A stretch of 61,936 nucleotides of DNA, counting the filler, from Sluysia triapertura (taxonomy: Eukaryota), in NCBI GenBank assembly GCA_046118255.1. It is 5 parts of 5 records of this genome, joined end to end, with 100 filler letters (N's around TTAATTAATTAA, not from the genome) between each part and the next. Parts side by side here need not be neighbours in the genome. Positions count along the whole stretch, not along the records: positions 1 to 14,619 come from JBJNIA010253192.1; 4 more parts are not named here. One strand, written 5' to 3'. Each line of letters starts with the position of its first letter. Positions within the stretch are counted from its first letter, which is position 1. A model generated the notes under the pieces. It made no database searches. It was not told the origin of the DNA and saw only the letters and a list, made by a program, of their open reading frames with translations. Below are positions 1-12,068 of the stretch, piece after piece. A program made the translations under genes and the position numbers.

Positions 1-77
1 GAAATTATTATTATGATTTAAACTGAACAAGATAATAATAGTGAGTTTAATATTTAACAAGTTTTAAAGACGCAACA
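1..77 (+). mobile_element. Terminal fragment of LTR-like family A
   Basis: Ends in AAAGACGCAACA, the same terminus as at 7565-7576 and, reverse-complemented, at 21672. Confidence 0.6.
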
Positions 78-1333
78 TAATCATTAGTAAAGTTATTGAC
101 AATGCGATAATGAATAACGTAGCTGAAATTATTAAATTAACTATTGACGGATGCTTTTTTAAAGTATCTATAATTGGTCCTTTGATTCTTTGTATAGCAA
201 AATGAAGTTGCTTAATAATTTTAGCTTGATGTTGGATGAATATTATTATATGTCTATCTTCTGAAAGTAAATAGTCCTTGCACATTGTTACTGGATACTC
301 TGTATTTGGTAGACCATGTCTATGTAATTCCCATATACTAAAATTAAGTCTTGCGGGGTTGATACATATGTACTGTGCTTTAATAATTCTAGTTACCTTA
401 ATTTGAACTTCTGTATCAAAATTATAAAAATCCAAATACTTCGATTTGTAAATTCTTTGTGATGCGTCCATAATTGTTATCAATGTTAGTAAGGTAAGTA
501 ACATCATGCTTGGTACCTTATTATTAACTCTTATAATCCTATTACAAGTAATTATATAGTAAATAGTGAACATCATATAAATTATGGTGAAGATTAAGAG
601 TGCAACTACAAAAATATTTTGCATTTCCAACCTATTTTCCTTACTTATATCTTTACTTATTTTCTTATTTAATTCGGTAGTAGTATTCGTGACTCTATTC
701 GATGTAGTAGGTAGTATTGTACTTATGGTTTTATTTATATCCTTTTTCTAAAAAATGTCCATGAAATCCATTATTACTGACTTATTATAAAGTGTAAATG
801 CTATTATTGTGGTATATTGAATTGAGTGCTCACATTTAAAAATATCTATTATTGAAGGTTTCTTTATTATCAATGCTTCAAAAAGTATGCAATATATAAT
901 CAGGAATTTCGTTTCTGTTAATATATTCAGCAGTCCAAAATCTATTGAATGTGTTTGTCAGAAAGAGATTTTGTTTAATATTGGTATAGCTTGTTACATT
1001 TATTGAATAATTCGTCATCATAGTTGTCAAGTGAAATAGAAATAGCATAAAAGTTATTATATAAAGATATTTATTATTTGAAATTGCCCTTATGAACATT
1101 ATACTGCTATCACTGTTACTAATACTAGTATTATTATCAGGAGTATTGTTATTACTAGTATTATTATCATTATTATTATTATCTGATCCGATATATGAAG
1201 TTCAAGATACTGTGGTATCCCACCAATCGAGATTTTCCCCATTTGGAGTTTGTGACGGTGGTAATACTGGATTTAATGGAGCAATTTGATAATTTTGTGG
1301 TTGTACCGGCGGTATTGTTCTTGCCATCGGAGG
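64..1333 (-). pseudogene. Env-like or membrane-protein extension of the Gypsy polyprotein
   Basis: Same frame as 1334-1906 through TGA stops: Pro-rich, Asn/Ser-rich and hydrophobic segments (878-1099); after a frameshift a Thr-rich stretch and ORF 64-630 with three hydrophobic segments. Confidence 0.5.
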
Positions 1334-1906
1334 TCAAACTAATTGTGGTAATACTACATGTGTACCTAGAGGTATTTTAAGAAATCCTAATATTCCGTGT
1401 ATTACTATATTTTCTGATTTGCTTAATACATCCATTCCTAATATAATATCGTATGGACATCTTTCCCAAGCTAAAAGTGTTACAAATATATCCACATCTA
1501 AGATTGTTAATTGACATTGTAGTATACCATTAAATAGAATATGTGAACCGTCTACTGCAAATAATCGTATACTCGCTTGTTGTAGCATATTGACTTCTAA
1601 AGCATTTAACACATTATAATTGATAATGGTATTCGAACCTGTATCTATAACTGCTCGTGCCCATCTTTGATTGAATTTAATGCTCTGAAATAGATGGTTT
1701 TGTATATTGAAATAGGAAGTTATAATATTTACCGTACTTATTGGTTTTGTCTCTTCACTCAATGATTTTGATGGATTATCTCTATCATTAATTCTTGGTT
1801 TAACTTTTAGTACACTTTTTGTAATTTTTCTATCCCTTAAATTATATTCATCATTAGGTGCCAATTTACATCGATTTAAATGTACAACAAAAGCTTCTAC
1901 ATTCAT
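1334..1906 (-). pseudogene. Second retropepsin-like aspartic protease, in frame after the integrase tail
   Basis: One ORF holds the integrase tail VVHLNRCK..YNLRDR, then RAVIDTGS, flap-like LFAVDGS and YDIILGMDVL. Confidence 0.85.
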
Positions 1907-2830
1907 ATCATTAGTTTTGAAGAATATCCTGGTTTCGCTATTGGATAGTCTATTAATACTTTATCTTCTATTTTAAAATTATGTTCATTTGCTTTTTGTC
2001 ATAATTATCTTTCAAGTTTCTTGCGTATAACGTATTTGTAAACCAGCGCTTTTCCATGCATCTTGTAAATTTTCTCTCAAAGTAGTAACACATTCTGGAG
2101 TTTCCATATATTTAGATGAAGGTGGTACCCAATCTAAGTCTACTGGCATGTTTGAATGTCTGTCGTACATGAGATAGAATGGTGTGAAATTAGTAGCAGG
2201 ATGTACTGAGATTCTGTACTCAAATAAACATGGTGATATATATAAGTCCCAATCTTTTTGTCTTTCGTTTACGTAGCATATTTACTACTAATCTTTCTAC
2301 TAATCCATCTGTCTGTGGATGGTATGGTGATGCATATATTTTTAAAATATTAAATATATTAGCAACGGATTTTATTACAAGGCTAGTAAATTAGTTCCCT
2401 GATCAGTTAATAATTTTCTTGGAGTTCCGTACCTGTATATTATTTTTTCTACTAATATTTGAGATACTGTTTCAGCTTTTTGATTAGGTATTGGGTGAGC
2501 TTCTGGCCATTTTGTTAAATAATCTGCGAATACTATTATATATTTATTTCCATTAATTGTTTCTGGCAATGGTCCCATTATATCCATTGCGGTGAATTCC
2601 ATTGGAGATAGTGGTATAGGCATTGGTCTTAATGGTAATTTTGTTTTTATCCCAGTATTCTTTCTTCTGCAACATATAGCAAAATTCTTACACCATTTTT
2701 TAATATCTTCTTCCATACTGTCCCAGTAATATTATTTTTAATTCTTGATAATGTTTTTCTTGTTGATAAGTGTCCATCGTGATATTGAATCAATAACGGT
2801 GTTATTACAGATTTCGGTACAATTGTTTTC
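1865..2830 (-). pseudogene. pol: Gypsy pol: integrase (zinc finger, catalytic core, C-terminal module)
   Basis: YHDGHL, WCKNFAIC, AMDIMGPLP, LLTDQG, YHPQTDGLVER, C-terminal VVHLNRCK. Confidence 0.95.
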
Positions 2831-3123
2831 CATTCGTTTTTTGAATCTCTAAAACGTAATATATCATCTGTTATTGATAACTTTTTAGCTTGATCTTCGT
2901 TCAACAGTCCTTTTGCTATAGCTTCAAATACATATGACATTTCTTCATCTTCTCTTTGATGTTTTATTATTTCTTTTGGTTCTTCCGCTTTTCCGAAATT
3001 GACATTATTTGAATAAAATTTATCTCTTTTTTCGTCATGATTTCTTAATTTTATATTCCCCTTTTCATCAGTATTTGTTAATCTTGACATACAATCAGCT
3101 CCATTGTTCATTGATCCTAGTTT

Positions 3124-3465
3124 TTATATTATTTGTAAATCGAATTCTACTAGTTTTGTGAACCGTCTATTTAATCTACTCACTTCGTCTTTTTGGTTGT
3201 ACAAGTGTGTTAATGACTTATGGTCAGTATATAAAAGCACTTTTTGTCCCAATAAATAGTGTCTGAATAACTTGCATGCATAGACAATTGCTAAACATTC
3301 TTTTTCAATTGTTGAATAATTCAATTCAGCTTTATTTATTCTCCTACTTACATATGCTATTACTCCTTCTAAATTTTCTTTATTTTTCTGTCTCAGAATT
3401 GCTCCTATTACAAAACTACTAGCATCTGTTGTTAGGATAAATGGTTTACTCATATCTGGGAACAT
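3124..3465 (-). pseudogene. pol: Gypsy pol: RNase H
   Basis: FILTTDASS...NYSTIEKECLAIV...LYTDHKSL, typical Ty3/Gypsy RNase H motifs. Confidence 0.95.
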
Positions 3466-4238
3466 TAGTTTTGATGCAGTTGTTAATTTTTTCTTTAATT
3501 CAATAAACGCTTTTGTTTGTTCTTCAGTTCATTTGAATATTGCATTCTTTTGTGTTAACATTCTTAAAGGTCTAGCTATTTTCGCAAAATCTTTTACAAA
3601 TCTTCTATAATAGTTGGCTAATCATAGAAAACCTTGAACTTTCTTTACATTATCTGGTGGTGGAAATTTAACAACTTTTTCCATATTTTTAGGATTTCGT
3701 TTTATACCTTTGTGTGAAACTATTATGACCTAAAAATTCAACTTGTTCTTATGCCCATACGCATTTAGTTGGTTTAACTTTCAATCTTGCGACTTCTAAT
3801 CTTTTTAATGTGTTATCAATATCTACTACTTGAGTATCAAAATCCTTAGAAAAAATTATTATATTATCAATATAAACCACAACATTCTTAAAACCGGACA
3901 GTACGAAATTCATACATCTGTGAAATGTTACCGATGCACTCGTTAATCCGAACGGCATTTTTTCACATTCGTACAATTCGTCTCCACATGAAAATGCTGT
4001 TTTATGTTTATCTTTTTCGGGTATTTCAATTTGTCACTAACCACTCTGCAAATCTATTGTTGTGAAATATTTAGCGTTTCCTAATTTATCTAGCATCTCA
4101 TCAATTCTTGGTAACGGCAATACATCTTTTCTTGTAATTTTATTCAATTCTCTAAAGTCAATACAAAATCTCATAGTTCCATATTTTTTCTTAACTAATA
4201 GCACCGGCCTTTTTCATCGTATCTATTTTATCTTTAAT
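3466..4238 (-). pseudogene. pol: Gypsy pol: reverse transcriptase
   Basis: [14 protein letters not shown]...[28 protein letters not shown] (YxDD decayed to YIDN), LANYYRRFVKDFAKIARPL. Confidence 0.95.
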
Positions 4239-4960
4239 TTATTGTTGGTTACTCAATGGAATTCTGTAAGGCTTCTTTCTCATTACTTTATCTTCTATTA
4301 ATGGGATTTCATGTTTTATTATGACGGAATCTCCAATATCATATTTGTTTCTTGTAATTGCCCATGGATATCTATGAATAGCTTTATATAATGTTTCTTT
4401 TTGTTGTTTAGTTAAATTATTATTCTTTATTTGTATTTCTTCGTAATCTTCTTCATCTTCAATATTTCTTTGTAGTTTTATGTTCTTATTTCTTGGTTTA
4501 TCATCTGATACCATTCTTATTTGTGTTTGTAATTTATAATTAACTATTTCTCCTAATTTGGTTCCTGCATATAACCATTTATTTTCATTTGTGTAATTTA
4601 TTATTCTTATTAATTCGTTAATTCTACATATTGAATCAGCAATACCTTTGTTTAATTTCTCTTGATTATTTTTCGAAGCTATAAACATTAGTGGGCTATT
4701 TCTTAAACTATTTGTTTTTCCTGGTATTATGCATTCTGTTCTTTTTAATAAACAACGTGGTTCTTCTAACATAATATCATCATTATCAATTGGTCTATCT
4801 GTATATGTATCCATTAATTTTGCTTTGCCAAAATCTAGTGAGACTCCTTTTAATTGTGATAATACATCCATACCTAATATCATGTCTTCTGGAGATTTTC
4901 TCTTTACCTTACATTTTATTTCAATTTTGTTTTGTCCAATTTCGCATAATATTTTTATTA
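4239..4960 (-). pseudogene. pol: Gypsy pol: C-terminal half of protease 1 and linker to RT
   Basis: EDMILGMDVLSQL retropepsin C-terminal motif; IKHEIPL...KKPYRIP marks the RT start. Confidence 0.85.
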
Positions 4961-6020
4961 ATGGGCATAATAGCTGTAAGCCAACACATTTAAATTTGTG
5001 CTATTTTAATTAATGCATAAAAATCACCTTCATAATATAATGATTGTAAAAATCTTAAATTTAATCCATTAAAAAATATCAAAAGTCACAAAATAGAGAA
5101 AAATATTACCATAAAATTACTAAATAATAAAGTTATAAAATCAGTGTTCATTATCTCTAATTTCAGTGTGATAATAAATGGCAAAAAATTAATAAAATAA
5201 CAATGGTTGACAATAATTTTTAATGAGAATAAAATTAATAAAATATATATTTGTAACATAATAATGAAATCAATATTTATAAATGAATTGAAATAATTTA
5301 AACCGGATAAAGTAATAAAAATATTTAAAATTATACCAACGTATAATATAGACGTATAATACAGAATGATGAAACACTTCTACAATTAGATAGATATCCA
5401 TAAATGTTTCACAAGATTGTATCAAAATAAAATTAAAAACAGGCAATAGGAACTCTATACGAACTGATTTAATTATAAAATAATAGCATATAAAAATATT
5501 CCTTAATAATACTTGAACGTATGTCATATAATTTATCCGTAAATGGAATAGAATAACTATCACATATCTACCAATAAAGTAGATAAATATAATAAAATAA
5601 ATGCAAGTAAATATAAAAATAATATGTCAATTTTGCGTAAATTGAAAAGAAACAATTATAACAAATTCAGTACATCATAATAACAATATTAAATTTTATA
5701 TTGTGGTTGTGTAAATGTTAAAGTAAGTATTTTTATGATTGTATGAAATTTGTTGAATATTGAGTTCCGAATTTTTATGTTATTTATTGATTTTTAATAA
5801 CTGCATTAGGTTGAGTTAAAGTTGTTTATGATAATTATATTTTGGCGTTGATTGCACTATAATTCTAAATGGTAATTTACCGTTATGTAAATGATACGAT
5901 TCATTTAGATAATCCATTAAGGAACTATAATATAATTAGAGCTCACCATGCATACATGGACTCATTTATCATGGACTCATTGCTAAAATGTCAAACATTC
6001 AATTATATCATTTATATACT

Positions 6021-6870
6021 TGTTGGGATTGCCCAGTTAATATATAGAAAATAGGTTAAAATGTAAGAAAATTCAAATATATATAAAGTATCTGAAATAC
6101 GATAATATAAACATAATTATATATTTCTAGAACAATAATAATGAACAGTAAAATGTTTATAATCATTTTAAAACCGAAGAATACCTTGGAGTTTCAAAGA
6201 CCTTTGTAGGGTATTGAGACCCTTACGAAGACTTAAGTAAGGTTTGGAAAGATGTTTTTAAGTAAGAAGATACCTTTGAACTTCCGAACCTTGGGATCAT
6301 TTGAGACCTTCAAGTAACTTTGTAAAAATGTTTAGAACCTTTAAAATCATAGTTAATAATATTAAAGATAAAATTAATACATTAATAATTAAAATAAAAA
6401 AGGAGAAAAAGGAATCAATGTGGTGAAGGTGAAAACATCTAGAGCCTCATGAGTACCTCATAAAGTATAACCATAATAAAACCTTTAAACTTAGAATAAA
6501 ACAAGTTAAAATAAATATATAATTAATTAAAATCTTATTTAACTTAATTAAGATAAATTACGTTTGTGTGAATAACTTTTGAATGAAGAATGCTATGTTC
6601 AAACTGTAACTGTGTATGTATGCGTTTTAAAGTGATCTTCCGATGAAGATAAGGTTGGATAGTTCATGCGAGGAAAGCCTCCGTATTGAGCAAAGTCGAA
6701 TATTAATTAATTTTTAATTAAAAATGCAGAAATTTTCATATTTAGAATGATGAAGAGATGATTTAGGTATGGAGTGACCTTAAATATTATCCATTAAAAA
6801 ATTGAGTATGACGAACTGAAAATTAATTAAACTGTAAACTAAAGGTAAATTCATAATTTTTATGTATGTC

Positions 6871-6912
<42 letters not shown>

Positions 6913-7576
6913 TGTTGTTGTTGTTGTTATTTTAATGTAAGAAGTGCTTCATGAAAAATAGATCGAGTAGAGTAAACGAAAAAAAATAAGAGTTGATTGT
7001 TAATCGAATTGTTATGTTTTGCTTTACTGGTCGTACCATGTAAATGTCAAAGTCGTTTTAGTCGGTTTAATCTTTAAAAGTAGTTTCGATGATATGTGTA
7101 AGAGTAATTCCTGATTGTGAGTTTGAGAATGATTGGACAATACAGAGATATAAAAGCGAATACTTAAAAAATTAACAACACAATCGATCATGGCGTAATG
7201 TAATGATCATATAATATTAAGTTGTTGTTTTTAATTTTTGGGTTGAATAAATATCATTATTAAGATAAGAAAATTGGTGATAAGTTGTACTTGATTTAGT
7301 GAATATTGAAATCATTTGAGGTTTAATTTATGTGAATTAAATTAATGTTGGATTATTCTTATTATTGATTTAAGGGCGTAACATTATTGTACTTGTTAGT
7401 TGAGTTTACAAAGATTTTAATATATAATTAGTATTTGCATTATTCTGTGAACAATGAAAGTTTACTGCAGTTAGAGAATAATCAATAAATAGTAACGATT
7501 AATGAAGATACATTGAAAATTTTGAGTTAATTTAATTATTAAGTTATTGTTAGTAATCTTATATAAAGACGCAACA
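6021..7576 (+). mobile_element. LTR-like family A, apparently full-length (about 1.55 kb)
   Basis: TGTTGGGATTG...GACGCAACA with TGTTG/CAACA inverted ends; flanks TACT/TAAT (possible 4-bp TSD with one mismatch); many diverged copies in the window. Confidence 0.7.
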
Positions 7577-7979
7577 TAATAATAAAATTCTAGTTAAAAT
7601 CGAAGTACATATAGCATGTGGTTTCTGACCAAACACCCTATTTTACGATTTAATAGATCCTATTACAGACAAATTTAAGAATACCATTACTACAATGTAA
7701 CGATTTTACATCATTTAATACCTCTATGAAATCTACAATACCATGTTCAGTTGTAAATGTCATTCAAATAATACTAATACTGATGTAAGACCTAAACCCA
7801 ACTTTTTATCGAAAACGATGAAGTCACCAAAGCGTAATCGCCGTAGGCAGAAATTAAGTGCGACTAAAATTGTTAATCCAATCTTAAAAAGACAAAATTA
7901 TAATATCATCGAAAAATTTATTAATACATTAATAATGAAAATTGTATAATGTTACATAAGCTTACGAAATTAATATTTA

Positions 7980-8668
7980 TTATTTTTATGTAATTTTTAT
8001 TCCTTCTGTTCATTATTTGGAATGACTCAACAAGTTTGTGCCCGAATTATCGACCAAGTAAGAATTTTTTATTCTTCTAAAAATATGTTCTGTATTAAGA
8101 ACCCTACCTTGGTTTATTTTGATGATTCGTCAACAACTTCGAATAAACCTAAAGTATCTACAAGACCATATTTATGTTGCTGTAGCTGGAGAAATTGTAA
8201 GAATAACTCTTACAATTGATGAAGTATACGCCTTTTCTACTACTCTCCAAATTAAAGCGCAGAAATTTCTAACCACTTTGGTACTTCTTTTTATTATACG
8301 AGATATTTGCTCTATATCTTTTTATCCAATTTACACATATGTCTTCCTCATCCATTTTCAACGAAAACAGTTACTCTTGTTAGTCAACTTTTAATTTTTA
8401 TATAAGCCTAACAGAATGTATTTACAGCTACCTCATATAGTAAACCGTATCATTTCGAAACAAACCGTATTTCACGCTATATGATCAAAACTTTCTCATG
8501 AACAAGTATGGCCTTGACAAAAAATATCTCTGGGGGTTCCGGATGAGGATAAGGTAAGACAATACCCCTCATGATACGATATTGGTGGTTGTAAACCATT
8601 CTTTGGTTATTAAAATTTTCAGAATTCATTTTAGTTGGTTGAAAGGTATAACCTACTGTGGTGGGCAT
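7980..8668 (-). pseudogene. Unidentified intronless coding remnant, convergent with ORF 7743-7949
   Basis: Higher GC and codon-like texture; ORF 8477-8668 continues through stops; no motif recognised. Confidence 0.25.
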
Positions 8669-9039
8669 TAAATGATTTATTATTTTTCATGCATTAAATT
8701 TATGAAATATTTTTATTATTTTTTTAAATTATAAACACTTAACTTTGGCTTAAGGTCTTTAACGAAAACAAATGAAATTATTTAGAACAGTTAAATTTAG
8801 AACACAAAATTTTATATTAAACAATAAAGTAACAGAAACAAGGCAACAAAATACCTTTAGAAATAGTTCATAAATAAGGAAATATGTTCTAGTTTGATTG
8901 TTTATGACATAGTATTAATGCATTTTTGTGCAAATCAACATGTAACAATAAAAACGTGTAACCAGTAATTGTAATAGAAGATAATAATTGTTGTAATACA
9001 ATAACTATCACATGACTACTGTGTAAGAGGTCATATATA

Positions 9040-9453
9040 CATTCCGACCACGAAATGGGGCAAAATTTCCCCAATTTTGAGGTTTTCCTCAAAATACGGG
9101 TCTTCAAAAATTAAGTAAAACATGTGGGAAAAATGACTTTTATGATAAAGAAATTACTGTAATTTGTATTAAAAACAAGATAAATCATTACATTTAAAAA
9201 ATGAACTTTCAAGTGGGAGAAATTAGTTGAAATTTTGAAAAATGAAATTAAAATTTTTTTAAACTTTGTTTAAATATTTGATTTATTATATCTATTAATT
9301 AATAAATCAAATCTATTTTATTAATAAATCTATTTTATTTTTCAAACTTTCAACTAATTTTCCCCACTTAAAAGTTCATTTTTAAAAAAAAGCATATTTT
9401 TATGAGGATTACTATTATGGTGACAAAATTTTCCCCAAAACGTGGTCGTACTG
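9040..9453. mobile_element. Tc1/pogo-type MITE, largely palindromic
   Basis: TA|CATTCCGACCACGAAATGGGG ... CCCCAAAACGTGGTCGTACTG|TA; additional internal inverted repeat about 9195-9245 versus 9340-9385. Confidence 0.85.
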
Positions 9454-10913
9454 TACCACATTATGCATAAATATGTTAGTTTTCATCGAATCATAATAAA
9501 TTGCGATAAAATAAATATAAGAAAACAGACTTGCCTTGATAACATCGAAAAATATAGAAGTATTCGCAAAAAATATGGTTAAAATAATTGCTTTAAGTGT
9601 TGGATATTTGATTAAAACTCAATGGAGTTTATAAATTATTTCACCATAATATTTCAATTTATATAAAAATAATAAGATGATTAAGGCCACAATAAAATAA
9701 GTACCAATAAAATACGCAGATGAAAACATAAAATGTTTCATTGTATAATAAACACCACAAAATGTATAAACAAACTCACTAAATTTATCACTTGTATCAA
9801 TTAAATTTTCTAAAATTGGAGATGCCGTTTCATCGTGTGGTAGCCAACATTCATAATCACAAAATAAATCTATTAAAATTTCACAACATCTAAATCACAA
9901 TCATATTTTACACTACCAGATTACATTAACCAACTTTTCAGAAACAATACTCTACATTTACAATAATTCAACAACAAACACATCTGAAACAACCCTTTCG
10001 AACCTTCAATTTATACTACTCTATAACAGTTAATACTCAATATGTGATAATATTTACTCAGTAGTTTATTGGTTTAAATCAAATCACAATCACAACTTCC
10101 AACATACAAATCACAAGTACATTTAATACTATTTCACAACATCAATAAATTTACTCGAAACATATAGAGTACCTACTTCATACCTTCGAATTAACTACAA
10201 CATGTCGAATGCACTACTCATCAACGCATAATCATCATTAACACAGAACATCAACACTAAAAACACCAAACAAAATAATCACACAAAACATAGCATAATA
10301 ACATCATCAATATACAAAGAGTTATATTGTAATTCTCCTCGTAAATTCAATAAATTACTGTCTTCTCAATAAACCTTTATCCATTATAATTCAATACGTA
10401 AGACTTGTTTTCAAATATTAAATTTTCAATCAATTTAGAAGAGCTTATCCTAACACTCTTCATTTCGTTTCTAACTCAAACCAATCATTATATCTTCATA
10501 GGTTAACTCTACTTAACAATCATTTTGTTTATTTCAAAATGCATTTTAACTCATTCCAACATGCTTAAATCCTTCAAGAATTTAATACAAATCTAACACA
10601 GCTCTAAAGAGTTAATTTTATAAAACAAAGCACCAACAATAACTCGAGCATCGTGTACCCTGTCACTTTGCTTCTTCAAGCACATCAGCGATCTTTATTT
10701 CAGTTTGTCTTTTATATGTAAGAAATAAACAGTGAAGAAAGAAAAGTTCACGTTGTTTTGTAAAGAAAGTTTATGCGTTAAATTACATTTTTTGTTTCAT
10801 TAGTAATAATAATAACAATATTATTGTAAATATTATTATTATCAGTTATATAACTAAATCAGTAAATTATTTTATCCAAAGTTTCAATTCCAATTGTCAA
10901 ATCTGGTATCTAT

Positions 10914-11066
10914 CATCATTAGTGTTGACACAATGTATAACAATACTCATGAATGTGTCAACACTGATGATGGCCAGTCATCAGTACTAATAATTTTTAC
11001 ATGTCACCCAATCAGAGCTGATTTTGTCTAATGTTCTCTTTCGGGGCTCTGATTGGATGACCAATC
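10914..11066 (+). promoter_or_regulatory. Cargo-cassette upstream module: 19-bp hairpin plus paired CCAAT motifs
   Basis: Arms 10914-10932 and 10954-10972 (18/19 match); CCAATCAGAGC...GCTCTGATTGG; GATTGGATGACCAATC at 11051-11066. Confidence 0.55.
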
Positions 11067-11149
11067 AACCATGATTAAACAAATCCAATTTTATAATTTT
11101 TAATTAAAAAGTACAAAAGAGGAAAACAACACAAGAAGCAACGGTAACA

Positions 11150-12068
11150 AATTTTCAAAAAGATACTCAAAATTTACGAAACGATAGAATAAAAAACTTG
11201 GAGTATATACTATCGAAAACTCAAATCCGTTTTAAGTGAATTTTTTAAAGCCGATAATGATATATAATCAATCATTGATATATCCAATGATGTTAAACTA
11301 CACATTCACAACTTCCACCAAGAAATCGAATCTGATGAAGCAAATCATATGGGAGAATTAATAAGAATGATTAAAGCCATTGATGATCCTAACCAATTGT
11401 TATATCTTATTAATTTTACTTTAGATCCAGATTTTAGTTAAAGTTTTAATTCAACATTGTATTCTCTTATGATAATTAAAGATGAGTATGTTGTGATTCA
11501 TTCATATAAATCAACATGCGATATCGTCACTGAGTTAGTAACTCAACTAACAGAAAACGAGACTTTGAATTTTGATCCGAATAATCTGGTTGTTTATCAC
11601 ACCAAAATAAAGAATTTAAGCGATTCCAAAAGCTATGATGAAATAGTCGAATCAGCAGACGTAAGAGCTGAATTAACTATGAAATTAAAAGGAGTACAAG
11701 TCGAGATCGACATGCTGAATAAAGTTTTTAGAAATGCAACAAAACTACATATATTTCATATGCAAGCTACAGAAAGTTTAAATAACGCTGAAACTGTTTA
11801 TGTACTAATTAGCCCATCAACAATATACCAATTCATGTATGTTACTCGTAATTCAACTATGTCAAGGAGAATGACGCTCATTTATGAGAGACTATTAGGT
11901 CACGAAGAGGTATTCTTATATCTAACTAACCTTATATCACGAACCTTATACCCACGTGATCGTCAATCAACAGTGAAGTTTATAATTATTTCTAATGCTT
12001 TTAATAAACTAACAAATCTCAAAGGTAAGTGCTCAAATTCAACGAATGATGAAATTATTATGCTATAA
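11150..12068 (+). pseudogene. Intronless ORF of unknown family X, copy 1 (weakly MSV199-like)
   Basis: 203-aa ORF 11457-12068 extends upstream through stops; AATAAA at about 12135; colinear similarity to 42700-43800. Confidence 0.5.

Larger units (their letters stand above)
78..4970 (-). mobile_element. Degenerate Ty3/Gypsy (Metaviridae) LTR retrotransposon internal region
   Basis: Domain order protease-RT-RNase H-integrase on the minus strand, broken by stops and frameshifts; gag and the first protease DTG motif are missing upstream of about 4970. Confidence 0.95.

Noticed and set aside
878-1336. TGA read-through or alternative genetic code in the Gypsy tail
   Set aside because: The element also has TAA/TAG stops, frameshifts and a dead YIDN motif; ordinary decay explains the TGAs.
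1092-1380. Plus-strand Leu-rich ORFs (also 25728-25994 and 53281-53523)
   Set aside because: Antisense shadows of the Gypsy tail or translations of TTA microsatellites.
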